39,288 bases of DNA from a virus (taxonomy: Duplodnaviria > Heunggongvirae > Uroviricota > Caudoviricetes). The stretch is from the IMG/VR virus record IMGVR_UViG_2740892273_000013. One strand, given 5' to 3'. Below the pieces are notes generated by a model that saw nothing but the letters and a program-made list of their open reading frames with translations, searched no databases and was not told the DNA's origin. Made by a program: the position numbers and the translations under genes. Shown in pieces: positions 7,101-15,396 of this stretch (positions within the stretch are counted from its first letter, which is position 1; every line of letters begins with the position of its first letter).

Positions 7101-7915
7101 GTATGGAGCTGATGGTTAAAGCGATGAAAATTCGAGTGGGTAATCCATTGCGAAAACTGGTTCTGATCAAGCTGGCTGATAATGCCAGCGATCAGGGTGA
7201 GTGCTGGCCCAGCTACCAGCATATTGCTGACCAGTGCGAAATTAGCAAACGTTCTGTGATGAATCATATTGCGGCCCTTTGTGAGTCCGGGCTGGTAAAA
7301 AAAGTCACCCGGAAAGGTGAAAAAGGTAACTCAAGTAATATCTATCTCCTTCATCTGGATGGTGCAGGAGATTCACTAGGGGGTAGTGCAAATAATTCAC
7401 TATCTGGTGCAGCAAATTCACCAGGTAGTGCAGGAGTTGCACCAGGGGGTAGTGCAGGAGATTCACCCAGAACCAGTCACTCTTTTGAACCAGTCAAAGA
7501 ACCAGTCAATGAACCAATAGCTGTTGGTGCATCAGTTGATGAGTCCGTGCGAGTTCGTTCAAACCGACCGGAATACTCTCCGGAGTTTGAGCAGGCATGG
7601 CTGGCATATCCCAAACGTGCTGGTGGCAATTCAAAATCTGCAGCCTTCAAAGCCTGGAAAGCCCGTTTGAATGAGGGAGTAAACCCCGAAACCATGCTGG
7701 AAGGTGTGAAACGCTACGCGGGATGGGTATCTGCGATGGGTAACAGCGGCACACAATTTGTGAAACAGGCTGTCACGTTCTTTGGTCCGGATCGTCATTT
7801 CGAAGAATTCTGGGAAGTTCCTGCGGTATCTGCAGCCAGACGCGAGGACCCGTACTTCAAAGCCAGTTACGACAACGTGGACTACAGCCAGATCCCGGCA
7901 GGATTCAGGGGGTGA
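7097..7915 (+). CDS. Replication initiator-like protein with N-terminal winged-helix/HTH domain; iteron-like repeats lie inside the gene
   Basis: N-terminal translation resembles the HTH domain of phage replication initiators; central Gly/Ser/Ala-rich linker encoded by direct DNA repeats; position equivalent to lambda O. Confidence 0.5.
   Translation: MSMELMVKAMKIRVGNPLRKLVLIKLADNASDQGECWPSYQHIADQCEISKRSVMNHIAALCESGLVKKVTRKGEKGNSSNIYLLHLDGAGDSLGGSANNSLSGAANSPGSAGVAPGGSAGDSPRTSHSFEPVKEPVNEPIAVGASVDESVRVRSNRPEYSPEFEQAWLAYPKRAGGNSKSAAFKAWKARLNEGVNPETMLEGVKRYAGWVSAMGNSGTQFVKQAVTFFGPDRHFEEFWEVPAVSAARREDPYFKASYDNVDYSQIPAGFRG
7362..7520 (+). repeat. Direct repeats (iteron-like) inside the initiator gene; candidate origin
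   Basis: GTGCAGGAGATTCAC at 7363-7377 and 7453-7467; AATTCAC at 7393-7399 and 7424-7430; GAACCAGTCA at 7487-7496 and 7499-7508 with near copies at 7470-7479 and 7511-7520. Confidence 0.45.
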
Positions 7916-8406
7916 TCATGAGTCTTTTGAATGAAGTTCAGAAATTCATTGAAGCCCATCCGGGGTGTACTTCCGGAGACATTGCGGATGCTTTTGCAGG
8001 TTACTCACGGCAGCGCGTTCTGCAGTCAGCAAGCAAGTTACGTCAGAGTGGGCGTGTGGCTCACCGTTATGAAGGAGATACACGCAGACATTTCCCACGC
8101 CTGACTGAGAGAGCGCAGGAGCCGGAACCACAACCAGTTCGTGAAACCAGACCTGTGCGCAATTTCTATGTCGGCACTAACGATCCCCGGGTGATTTTGT
8201 GCCTGACCCGCCAGGCGGAAGAACTGGAGTCCAGGGGCTTATACCGTCGTGCTGCAACGGTGTGGATGGCGGCATTCCGTGAAAGCCACTCCCAGCCAGA
8301 ACGAAACAATTTTCTGGCGCGTCGTGAGCGGTGCTTACGGAAAAGCAGCAAGCGCGCTGCATCGGGTGAAGAGTGGTATCTGTCAGGGAATTACGTGGGG
8401 GCTTAA
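7912..8406 (+). CDS. PerC-like transcriptional regulator with N-terminal winged-helix domain
   Basis: C-terminal EELESRGLYRRAATVWMAA...RRERCL resembles the PerC signature recalled from memory; ATGA coupling to upstream gene. Confidence 0.45.
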   Translation: MIMSLLNEVQKFIEAHPGCTSGDIADAFAGYSRQRVLQSASKLRQSGRVAHRYEGDTRRHFPRLTERAQEPEPQPVRETRPVRNFYVGTNDPRVILCLTRQAEELESRGLYRRAATVWMAAFRESHSQPERNNFLARRERCLRKSSKRAASGEEWYLSGNYVGA

Positions 8407-9059
8407 TGAGTAATAAATATTGCCAGGCGCTGGTGGAGCTGCGGAACAAACCAGCCCATGAACTGAAGGAAGTGGGCGATCAGTGGCGCACGCCGGATAA
8501 CATTTTCTGGGGAATTAACACCCTGTTTGGCCCGTTTGTTCTGGATCTGTTCACTGATGGTGATAACGCCAAATGTGCCGCTTATTACACTGCGGAAGAC
8601 AACGCGCTGGCGCATGACTGGTCTGAACGTCTTGCGGAGCTTAAAGGTGCTGCCTTTGGTAATCCCCCGTACAGCCGCGCCAGTCAGCATGAAGGGCAAT
8701 ACATCACCGGCATGCGTTACATCATGAAACATGCCAGTGCCATGCGTGATAAGGGCGGACGCTATGTTTTCCTGATCAAAGCTGCCACCAGCGAAGTGTG
8801 GTGGCCGGAAGATGCAGATCATATTGCTTTTATTCGCGGGCGTATTGGTTTTGAACTGCCTGCCTGGTTTATCCCGAAGGACGAGAAGCAGGTGCCGACA
8901 GGCGCTTTCTTCGCTGGTGCTATTGCTGTTTTCGACAAGACCTGGAAGGGACCGGCAATCAGCTACATCGGGCGCGATGAACTTGAGGCATGTGGTGAGG
9001 CGTTTCTGGCGCAGGTTCGCCAGCAGGCGGAAAAACTGGTCAGGGAGATGGCGGCATGA
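8406..9059 (+). CDS. Phage Dam-family N6-adenine DNA methyltransferase (orphan)
   Basis: NPPY motif (GNPPYS) in the translation; no adjacent restriction endonuclease gene. Confidence 0.65.
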   Translation: MSNKYCQALVELRNKPAHELKEVGDQWRTPDNIFWGINTLFGPFVLDLFTDGDNAKCAAYYTAEDNALAHDWSERLAELKGAAFGNPPYSRASQHEGQYITGMRYIMKHASAMRDKGGRYVFLIKAATSEVWWPEDADHIAFIRGRIGFELPAWFIPKDEKQVPTGAFFAGAIAVFDKTWKGPAISYIGRDELEACGEAFLAQVRQQAEKLVREMAA

Positions 9060-9382
9060 CGACGTTAACTCAATGCCAGCAGCAGGTGCTGGATATGCTG
9101 ATTTCTTACCAGAAAGAACGTGGCTTCCCGCCAACCAATCAGGAGGTGGCAACCATGCTGGGATACCGTTCAGTGAATGCAGCGGTGGAACATCTTCGCG
9201 CACTGGAGAAAAAAGGCGTCATCACGATAAAGCGTGGCATGGCCCGGGGTATCACTCTTCATACCGCGGTGAAGGACGACGACAGCGAGGCGGTCGGGAT
9301 TATCCGCTCACTGCTTGCCGGTGAGGAAAACGCCAGGCTGCGTGCAACCCACTGGTTACATGAGAGAGGCCTGAAAGTATGA
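9056..9382 (+). CDS. LexA DNA-binding-domain-like protein lacking a peptidase domain
   Basis: 108-aa translation resembles the LexA N-terminal winged helix (QQQVLDMLISYQKERGFPPTNQEVA); ATGA overlap with upstream gene. Confidence 0.5.
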   Translation: MTTLTQCQQQVLDMLISYQKERGFPPTNQEVATMLGYRSVNAAVEHLRALEKKGVITIKRGMARGITLHTAVKDDDSEAVGIIRSLLAGEENARLRATHWLHERGLKV

Positions 9383-9768
9383 AGCTGATCCTGCCTTTCC
9401 CGCCCAGCGTGAACACGTACTGGCGACACCCCAACAAAGGGGCATTTGCTGGTAAGAGCCTGATAAGCGCGGCGGGGCGAAAATTTCAGAGCGCGGCGTG
9501 CGCAGCAATAGTTGAGCAGTTACGTCGTCTGCCAAAACCAACGTCGGCACCTGCTTCAGTGGAGATCGTGTTGTTTCCTCCGGATAACCGGATCCGCGAT
9601 CTGGACAACTATAACAAGGCGCTGTTTGACGCCCTGACCCACGCGGGGGTGTGGGAAGACGACAGCCAGGTGAAAAGAATGCTGGTGGAGTGGGGACCGG
9701 TTATCCAGAAAGGGAAGGTCGAGATCACTATCAGTAAGTATGAGAAACCGGCGGGTGCAGCCGCCTGA
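9379..9768 (+). CDS. rusA: RusA-family Holliday junction resolvase
   Basis: Translation shares N-terminal LPxPPSVNxYW and RDLDN...FDALT..G.W.DD.QV motifs with E. coli RusA. Confidence 0.8.
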   Translation: MKLILPFPPSVNTYWRHPNKGAFAGKSLISAAGRKFQSAACAAIVEQLRRLPKPTSAPASVEIVLFPPDNRIRDLDNYNKALFDALTHAGVWEDDSQVKRMLVEWGPVIQKGKVEITISKYEKPAGAAA

Positions 9769-9787
9769 TCAAGAGGAGAAACGAAGT

Positions 9788-10597
9788 ATGAATAATCTGA
9801 TGGTCATTGATGGTATTGAAGTTCGTCGTGATGCTTATGGGCGTTACAGCCTGAACGATCTGCACAGGGCAGCCGGGGGAGAACAAAAAAACCGCCCGAA
9901 ATACTGGCTCTCCAATAAGCAAACCTGTGAATTGATTGAACAACTTTTCACCGAGGGTGGAATTCCGCCTCTGGAACAAAATCAACCAGTTAGCGTCATT
10001 AATGGCGGAAATAACCAGGGGACGTATGTCTGCAAAGAACTGGTGTATGCCTATGCAATGTGGATCAGCCCGTCATTCCATCTGAAGGTGATCCGTACTT
10101 TCGACATGGTAACCAGCGCACCGGAAAAATTATCCGGACAGGCTGCTGACAAGATGCAGGCTGGCGTGATCCTGCTGGACTTTATGCGCCGGGAATTAAA
10201 TCTGTCTAACTCATCAGTGCTTGGAGCCTGTCAGAAGCTTCAGGAGGCTGTTGGCTTACCGAATCTGGCACCGCGCTATGCCATTGATGCTCCTGCTGAC
10301 GCGCCTGATGGCTCAAGTCGCCCCACGCTGTCGCTGAGTGCACTGCTGAAGCAGTATGGTATCCGCCTGACGGCTAATCAGGCATATCACCAGATGGTGA
10401 AGCTGGGGATCGTTGAACAACGCGAACGATACAGCCGTACCGCGATTAACAACATCAAAAAATTCTGGTCGCTGACGGCGAAAGGCTGCATGTTCGGCAA
10501 GAACATCACCAGTCCTGCAAATCCGCGCGAGACGCAGCCGCATTTCTTCGAATCCCGATTCCCTGAGCTGTTAAAGCTGCTCGATACCGTTCATTGA
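9788..10597 (+). CDS. KilA-N domain protein
   Basis: N-terminal YSLNDLHRAAGG...KNRPKYWL motif; GAGGAG upstream of ATG at 9788. Confidence 0.65.
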   Translation: MNNLMVIDGIEVRRDAYGRYSLNDLHRAAGGEQKNRPKYWLSNKQTCELIEQLFTEGGIPPLEQNQPVSVINGGNNQGTYVCKELVYAYAMWISPSFHLKVIRTFDMVTSAPEKLSGQAADKMQAGVILLDFMRRELNLSNSSVLGACQKLQEAVGLPNLAPRYAIDAPADAPDGSSRPTLSLSALLKQYGIRLTANQAYHQMVKLGIVEQRERYSRTAINNIKKFWSLTAKGCMFGKNITSPANPRETQPHFFESRFPELLKLLDTVH

Positions 10598-10598
10598 G

Positions 10599-11594
10599 GT
10601 GACCGTGAGAGCACTACTGACCCCTGAAATTGCCCCGCGTATGGGGATCGTATTGTTCAGGCCAGGTTCAGAGCTGATGCCCCTGTTTATGCAGGGGCGT
10701 GTTCTGCTGGAGCCTGAGCCGGAACGTTATTCATCTTTCGCCAGTGGTGCCGTTCCGGCGGCATCACAACCGCTGGCGGATGATCCTGCCGTTCGGGCCG
10801 TGTTCCGCAATGAGGCAGTGATCCGTCGTGCTGGTGGCGTGGAATGTCTTGAAAGCTGGTTACTTCGTGAAAAAGGCTGCCAGTGGCCTCATTCCGACTG
10901 GCACAGCGAGAACATGACCACAATGCGACACGCTCCGGGCGCAATCCGTCTGTGCTGGCACTGCGATAACCAGCTGCGCGATCAGTTCACGGAACGGCTG
11001 GAATCAATGGCAACGGATAACTGTGCCCGCTGGGTGTTGTCTGTTGTGCGTCGGGATCTCGGTTTTGATGATAGTCACGTTGTGACAATGCCGGAACTGT
11101 GCTGGTGGCTGATTCGTAATGACCTGGCGGATGCCTTACCGGAAAGTGCAGCCCGTAAGGCACTGAGATTACCAAAGCCTGTTGTGCCGTCTGTCACCCG
11201 GGAAAGTGACCTTGTGCCTTCGGTTCCTGCCACCAGCATCATCCAGGATAAGGCAAAAAAGGTGCTGGCGCTGAAAGTGGATCCGGAGTCGCCGGAGTCT
11301 TTTATGTTACGCCCAAAACGCCGCCGCTGGGTTAATGAAAAGTACACGCGCTGGGTTAAGACACAGCCGTGTGCATGTTGTGGAAAGCCTGCTGATGATC
11401 CCCACCACCTGATAGGCCACGGTCAGGGTGGAATGGGTACAAAAGCGCATGACCTCTTTGTGTTGCCTTTGTGCAGAAAGCATCACGACGAGCTGCATGC
11501 GGATACCGTGGCATTTGAAGAGAAGTATGGCTCCCAGCTGGAGCTGATATTTCGTTTTATCGATCGTGCGCTGGCAATTGGCGTATTGGCGTAA
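10599..11594 (+). CDS. DUF968-like protein with C-terminal Cys/His zinc-binding (HNH-like) motif
   Basis: GTG start abutting upstream stop; C-terminal CACCGK...HH...CRKHH pattern. Confidence 0.5.
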   Translation: MTVRALLTPEIAPRMGIVLFRPGSELMPLFMQGRVLLEPEPERYSSFASGAVPAASQPLADDPAVRAVFRNEAVIRRAGGVECLESWLLREKGCQWPHSDWHSENMTTMRHAPGAIRLCWHCDNQLRDQFTERLESMATDNCARWVLSVVRRDLGFDDSHVVTMPELCWWLIRNDLADALPESAARKALRLPKPVVPSVTRESDLVPSVPATSIIQDKAKKVLALKVDPESPESFMLRPKRRRWVNEKYTRWVKTQPCACCGKPADDPHHLIGHGQGGMGTKAHDLFVLPLCRKHHDELHADTVAFEEKYGSQLELIFRFIDRALAIGVLA

Positions 11595-11607
11595 GTGGAG
11601 AACGAGC

Positions 11608-12360
11608 ATGAACCTTGAAGCCTTACCAAAATATTACTCCCCAAAATCTCCAAAATTGAGCGATGACGCACCGGCGACAGGCTCAGGTGGTTTAACGATT
11701 ACGGATGTGATGGCTGCGCAGGGGATGGTGCAGTCGAAAGCACCGCTTGGGTTTGCCTTATTCCTGGCAAAAGTTGGTGTTCAGGATCCTCAATTTGCGA
11801 TTGAAGGTCTGCTCAATTACGCGATGGCACTGGATAACCCGACATTGAACAAATTGAGTGAAGAAACCCGGTTACAGATCATCCCTTACCTTGTGAATTT
11901 TGCCTTTGCTGATTATTCCAGGTCTGCGGCAAGTAAGGCTCGCTGTGAGCATTGTGCTGGTACTGGATTTCATAATGTATTGCGCGAAGTGGTGAAACAC
12001 TCCAGAAGCGGGGAATCTGTTATCAAGGAAGAGTGGGTGAAGGAACTATGTCAGCATTGCCATGGTAAGGGAGAAGTCAGCACAGCGTGCAGAGGGTGTA
12101 AGGGTAAAGGTATTGTCCTGGATGAAAAAAGAACCCGGCTTCATGGTGTGCCTGTTTATAAGATTTGTGGGCGTTGCAATGGCAACCGGTTTAGCCGTTT
12201 ACCAACCACACTGGCGCGGCATCATGTCCAGAAACTGGTACCGGACCTGACGGATTATCAGTGGTACAAAGGATATGCAGACGTTATTAATAAACTGGTT
12301 ACAAAGTGCTGGCAGGAAGAAGCGTATGCTGAATCGCAATTGAGAAAAGTGACAAGATAG
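11608..12360 (+). CDS. Q: Late-gene antiterminator Q
   Basis: 250-aa translation with multiple CxxC zinc-finger motifs; located directly before a late promoter and short terminated transcript. Confidence 0.75.
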   Translation: MNLEALPKYYSPKSPKLSDDAPATGSGGLTITDVMAAQGMVQSKAPLGFALFLAKVGVQDPQFAIEGLLNYAMALDNPTLNKLSEETRLQIIPYLVNFAFADYSRSAASKARCEHCAGTGFHNVLREVVKHSRSGESVIKEEWVKELCQHCHGKGEVSTACRGCKGKGIVLDEKRTRLHGVPVYKICGRCNGNRFSRLPTTLARHHVQKLVPDLTDYQWYKGYADVINKLVTKCWQEEAYAESQLRKVTR

Positions 12361-12391
12361 ATAATTTTCGCCGAAGATGTCGACGTGATAC

Positions 12392-12420
12392 TTGCATTTT
12401 TCAAAAAATATGGATAAGAT
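12392..12420 (+). promoter_or_regulatory. PR'-like late promoter (qut region expected here)
   Basis: TTGCAT (12392-12397), 17-bp spacer, TAAGAT (12415-12420), about 60 nt upstream of a strong terminator. Confidence 0.5.
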
Positions 12421-12467
12421 TTTCTCAACGATGGGCCTTGTATGTCTACCGTTGGTAAATGTCAAAA

Positions 12468-12490
12468 ACCCGCCGCTGAGCGGGTTTTTT
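12468..12490 (+). terminator. tR'-like intrinsic terminator
   Basis: Stem ACCCGC / GCGGGT with loop CGCTGA followed by TTTTTT. Confidence 0.7.
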
Positions 12491-12648
12491 GTGCCTGATG
12501 TCTCATGAAACTATGAAATGGATTGGTGCGTTAAACATTTTTTCTTATTATCTTTTAGATTTTGGAGAGATGGTTAACGTCTGTATTCCAGAAACTCGAT
12601 GGTTATTTAATAAATTAGTTTCAATGATGCTTCTAGGTTATGACTGTA

Positions 12649-13065
12649 ATGAAAAAGGTATTAATAGCAGCGATAGGTTTTTGTTTAGTTGGTTGTGCAG
12701 GTATGAAATTACCTGAGTATTCGCAAGTTAAAGCAAGTCCGTATTATACAGATTGCCGTGCGTTTGCCATGGATGTTTATAAAAATGATGGATACAGCAA
12801 AATTGCGAAAACTACTATCCTTAGCATGGATGATGTGAAAGCTAGATATATTGTGACAGGGTGTGTAGTTGCTATGGGGAAAAACACTGTAGAGGAAATC
12901 AAAGCTGATCTCTCTGCTAAAGGGAGTTCTTTTGGGCTTATCAGTGGAGCTTGTTCTAGTGCGGCATGTCGGGTTGATGTAGAGCAGCAAATGAACGCTT
13001 ATGTACTTGGTAGTTATTATGCTGCAAATAAAAAATTCCCGGATAAAATGAAAGCAGAGTTTTAA
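12649..13065 (+). CDS. Lipoprotein of unknown function encoded by an AT-rich inserted gene
   Basis: Signal peptide with lipobox LVGC (MKKVLIAAIGFCLVGCAG); AT-rich codon usage; flanked by two near-identical terminators. Confidence 0.6.
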   Translation: MKKVLIAAIGFCLVGCAGMKLPEYSQVKASPYYTDCRAFAMDVYKNDGYSKIAKTTILSMDDVKARYIVTGCVVAMGKNTVEEIKADLSAKGSSFGLISGACSSAACRVDVEQQMNAYVLGSYYAANKKFPDKMKAEF

Positions 13066-13143
13066 GCAAACCTTGTTTTCGATTATATGTCGAAGATAAA
13101 TGTTAGTAACGGCATAATAAGTAAATATATAGCTGTGATAGCA

Positions 13144-13166
13144 ACCCGCCACTGAGCGGGTTTTTT
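13144..13166 (+). terminator. Second copy of the tR'-like terminator
   Basis: ACCCGCCACTGAGCGGGTTTTTTGT, near-identical to 12468-12490. Confidence 0.65.
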
Positions 13167-13288
13167 GTACCCGTAAACTTGGTGCAGTACAGTAAACACG
13201 CTGGTGGTCGTGAATACTGACTTTTTATCTTGCTGGCTTTTTAGACAAGAGTTATTGGTATGTCATGTTAACCAGAAGGGAAAAAGAC

Positions 13289-13492
13289 ATGCTAAAACAG
13301 CAAGATATGACAGAAACCGCCGCCGCAGTCCTTCATTTCTTACCTGCTGACAAGTGGGTAACGCCACGCATGATGACGAGAACTACCGGAGTAAGCGAAG
13401 CCCGGTGCCAGTTAATACTGACTCAGTTAGTTCTGGCGGGTCTGGCGAAGGATAACGGCGGGTACGGGAATAAATTCAGACGCTGCCAGTAA
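13289..13492 (+). CDS. Small putative winged-helix DNA-binding protein (67 aa); alternative start at 13265
   Basis: AAGGG before ATG at 13289; helix-rich translation; lies upstream of the methyltransferase gene. Confidence 0.35.
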   Translation: MLKQQDMTETAAAVLHFLPADKWVTPRMMTRTTGVSEARCQLILTQLVLAGLAKDNGGYGNKFRRCQ

Positions 13493-13642
13493 TGGCGGTT
13501 TCCTGCTGTGAAAATGGGCGGCTGGTGGGTGTTGGTAGCACCTGCCAGCCATTCGCTCATGCTTACTGGTCACAAGCGAACCACGGCCCACTGCTTTAGC
13601 GCAAAAGCAGAGTGAGCCTACCAGAGTTACGCTTACTGATCC

Positions 13643-14695
13643 ATGAAAAATACTGTAAAAATAAACAGTGTTGATTTAATCAACGCTGATTGCCTGCATT
13701 TTATTCAGTCCCTGCCTGATGATTCCATTGACCTGATTGTTACCGATCCGCCTTACTTCAAGGTGAAACCCAACGGTTGGGACAATCAGTGGAAAGGGGA
13801 CGAAGATTACCTTAAGTGGCTGGACCACTGTCTGGCCCAGTTCTGGCGGGTGTTGAAACCTGCCGGAAGCCTTTACCTGTTCTGTGGGCATCGCCTGGCA
13901 TCTGATATTGAGATCATGATGCGTGAACGTTTCAACGTGCTTAACCATATCATCTGGGCGAAGCCGTCCGGACGTTGGAATGGGTGTAATAAAGAAAGTC
14001 TGCGCGCATATTTTCCTGCCACAGAGCGCGTTCTGTTTGCTGAACATTACCAGGGGCCATATCGCGGCAAAAGTGACGGCTATGCGGCAAAAGAAAGGGA
14101 ACTCAAACAGCACATAATGGCACCGCTGATATCGTATTTCAGGGATGCTCGTGCCGAACTGGGTATAACGGCAAAACAAATTGCCGAAGCCACAGGTAAG
14201 AAAAATATGGTTTCCCACTGGTTTGGTGCCAGTCAGTGGCAGTTGCCGAATGAGGCTGACTATCGGAAGTTACAGGCACTGTTTTCCCGTATAGCGGCAG
14301 AGAAGTTTCAGGAACAACAACTGGAACAACCACACCACCAGCTGGTGGCATCTTATGATTCACTGAATCGTAAATATTCTGAATTGCTGGATGAGTTTAA
14401 ATCTCTCCGGCGCTATTTCTCCGTATCAGTCTCCGTGCCTTATACCGATGTCTGGATGCATAAACCCGTTCAGTTCTACCCGGGGAAACATCCGTGTGAG
14501 AAACCGGCGGATATGCTCAGGCAAATAATCAATGCCAGTAGTCGACCAGGTGATCTGGTTGCTGATTTTTTTATGGGATCCGGTTCCACAATAAAAGCAG
14601 CAATGGCGCTGGGGCGTCGGGCCTTAGGTGTTGAGCTTGAGTCAGAGCGGTTTAATCAGACAGTGAAAGAGATAAACGAGCTGGTGGGGAAATAA
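13643..14695 (+). CDS. DNA methyltransferase, N6-adenine/N4-cytosine type with motif order IV then I (orphan)
   Basis: DPPY near the N-terminus and FxGxG (FFMGSGST) near the C-terminus; no adjacent endonuclease. Confidence 0.7.
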
Positions 14696-14701
14696 TCTGG
14701 T

Positions 14702-14727
14702 GGCCACGTCAGGTGGCCTTTTTATTT
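14702..14727 (+). terminator. Intrinsic terminator after the methyltransferase gene
   Basis: GGCCAC-GTCAG-GTGGCC followed by TTTTTATTT. Confidence 0.6.
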
Positions 14728-14762
14728 CCATTACACAGCACCCGCATCTGCGAGGTGGGGTT

Positions 14763-14978
14763 ATGAAATCCATGGATAAGTTAACAACGGGTGTCGCCTA
14801 TGGCACCTCAGCAGGTAGTGCCGGGTACTGGTTTTTACAGTTGCTCGATAAAGTCACGCCCTCACAGTGGGCGGCAATAGGTGTGCTGGGTAGTCTGGTA
14901 TTTGGCTTGCTGACGTATCTGACAAACCTTTATTTCAAGATTAAAGAAGACAAGCGTAAGGCTGCACGGGGAGAGTAA
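14763..14978 (+). CDS. S: Pinholin (phage 21 S21-like), 71 aa with dual-start M-K-S-M
   Basis: Translation [31 protein letters not shown]... closely matches S21 as recalled from memory. Confidence 0.85.
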
Positions 14979-14982
14979 TTCA

Positions 14983-15333
14983 ATGACTCAAAACTATGAA
15001 CTGATTGTGAAAGGGATCCGCAATTTTGAGAATAAAGTTACGGTAACTTTAGCGTTACGGGACAAAAAACGCTTTGACGGTGAAATTTTTGACCTGGACA
15101 TCTCGCTGGACCGTGTTGAAGGTGCCGCGCTGGAGTTTTATGAGGCAGCAGCCAGAAGGAGCATCAGACAGGTCTTCCTGGATGTTGCTGCCGGGTTATG
15201 TGAAGGGGATGAGCAGTCGCCGGAAAAGCGCCCCGTAATTTTAGATGCGCAGAATGTTTGGATAACCTACAAAGGAAAGCTACCAGGAAGAATTACTGGT
15301 TCTCTGAAGACTCCTCCGGAATCACAACCTTAA
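14983..15333 (+). CDS. Hypothetical 116-aa protein inserted between holin and endolysin
   Basis: ATG with GGAG upstream; no TM segment or signal peptide visible; phage 21 has S directly followed by R (from memory). Confidence 0.5.
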   Translation: MTQNYELIVKGIRNFENKVTVTLALRDKKRFDGEIFDLDISLDRVEGAALEFYEAAARRSIRQVFLDVAAGLCEGDEQSPEKRPVILDAQNVWITYKGKLPGRITGSLKTPPESQP

Positions 15334-15396
15334 GTCACTGACCGGAACAGATAAACCTGTCCGTGGGCAGAAACCGATAAATCCTGATAAATATCC

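Noticed and set aside
7362-7520. Direct repeats as a possible CRISPR array
   Set aside because: Repeats are short and imperfect, lie inside a coding sequence and encode a Gly/Ser linker; no spacer architecture and no cas genes; iterons are the better reading
13497-13642. Possible tRNA between the small HTH ORF and the methyltransferase
   Set aside because: No T-arm GGTTCGA-type motif and no acceptor-stem pairing visible
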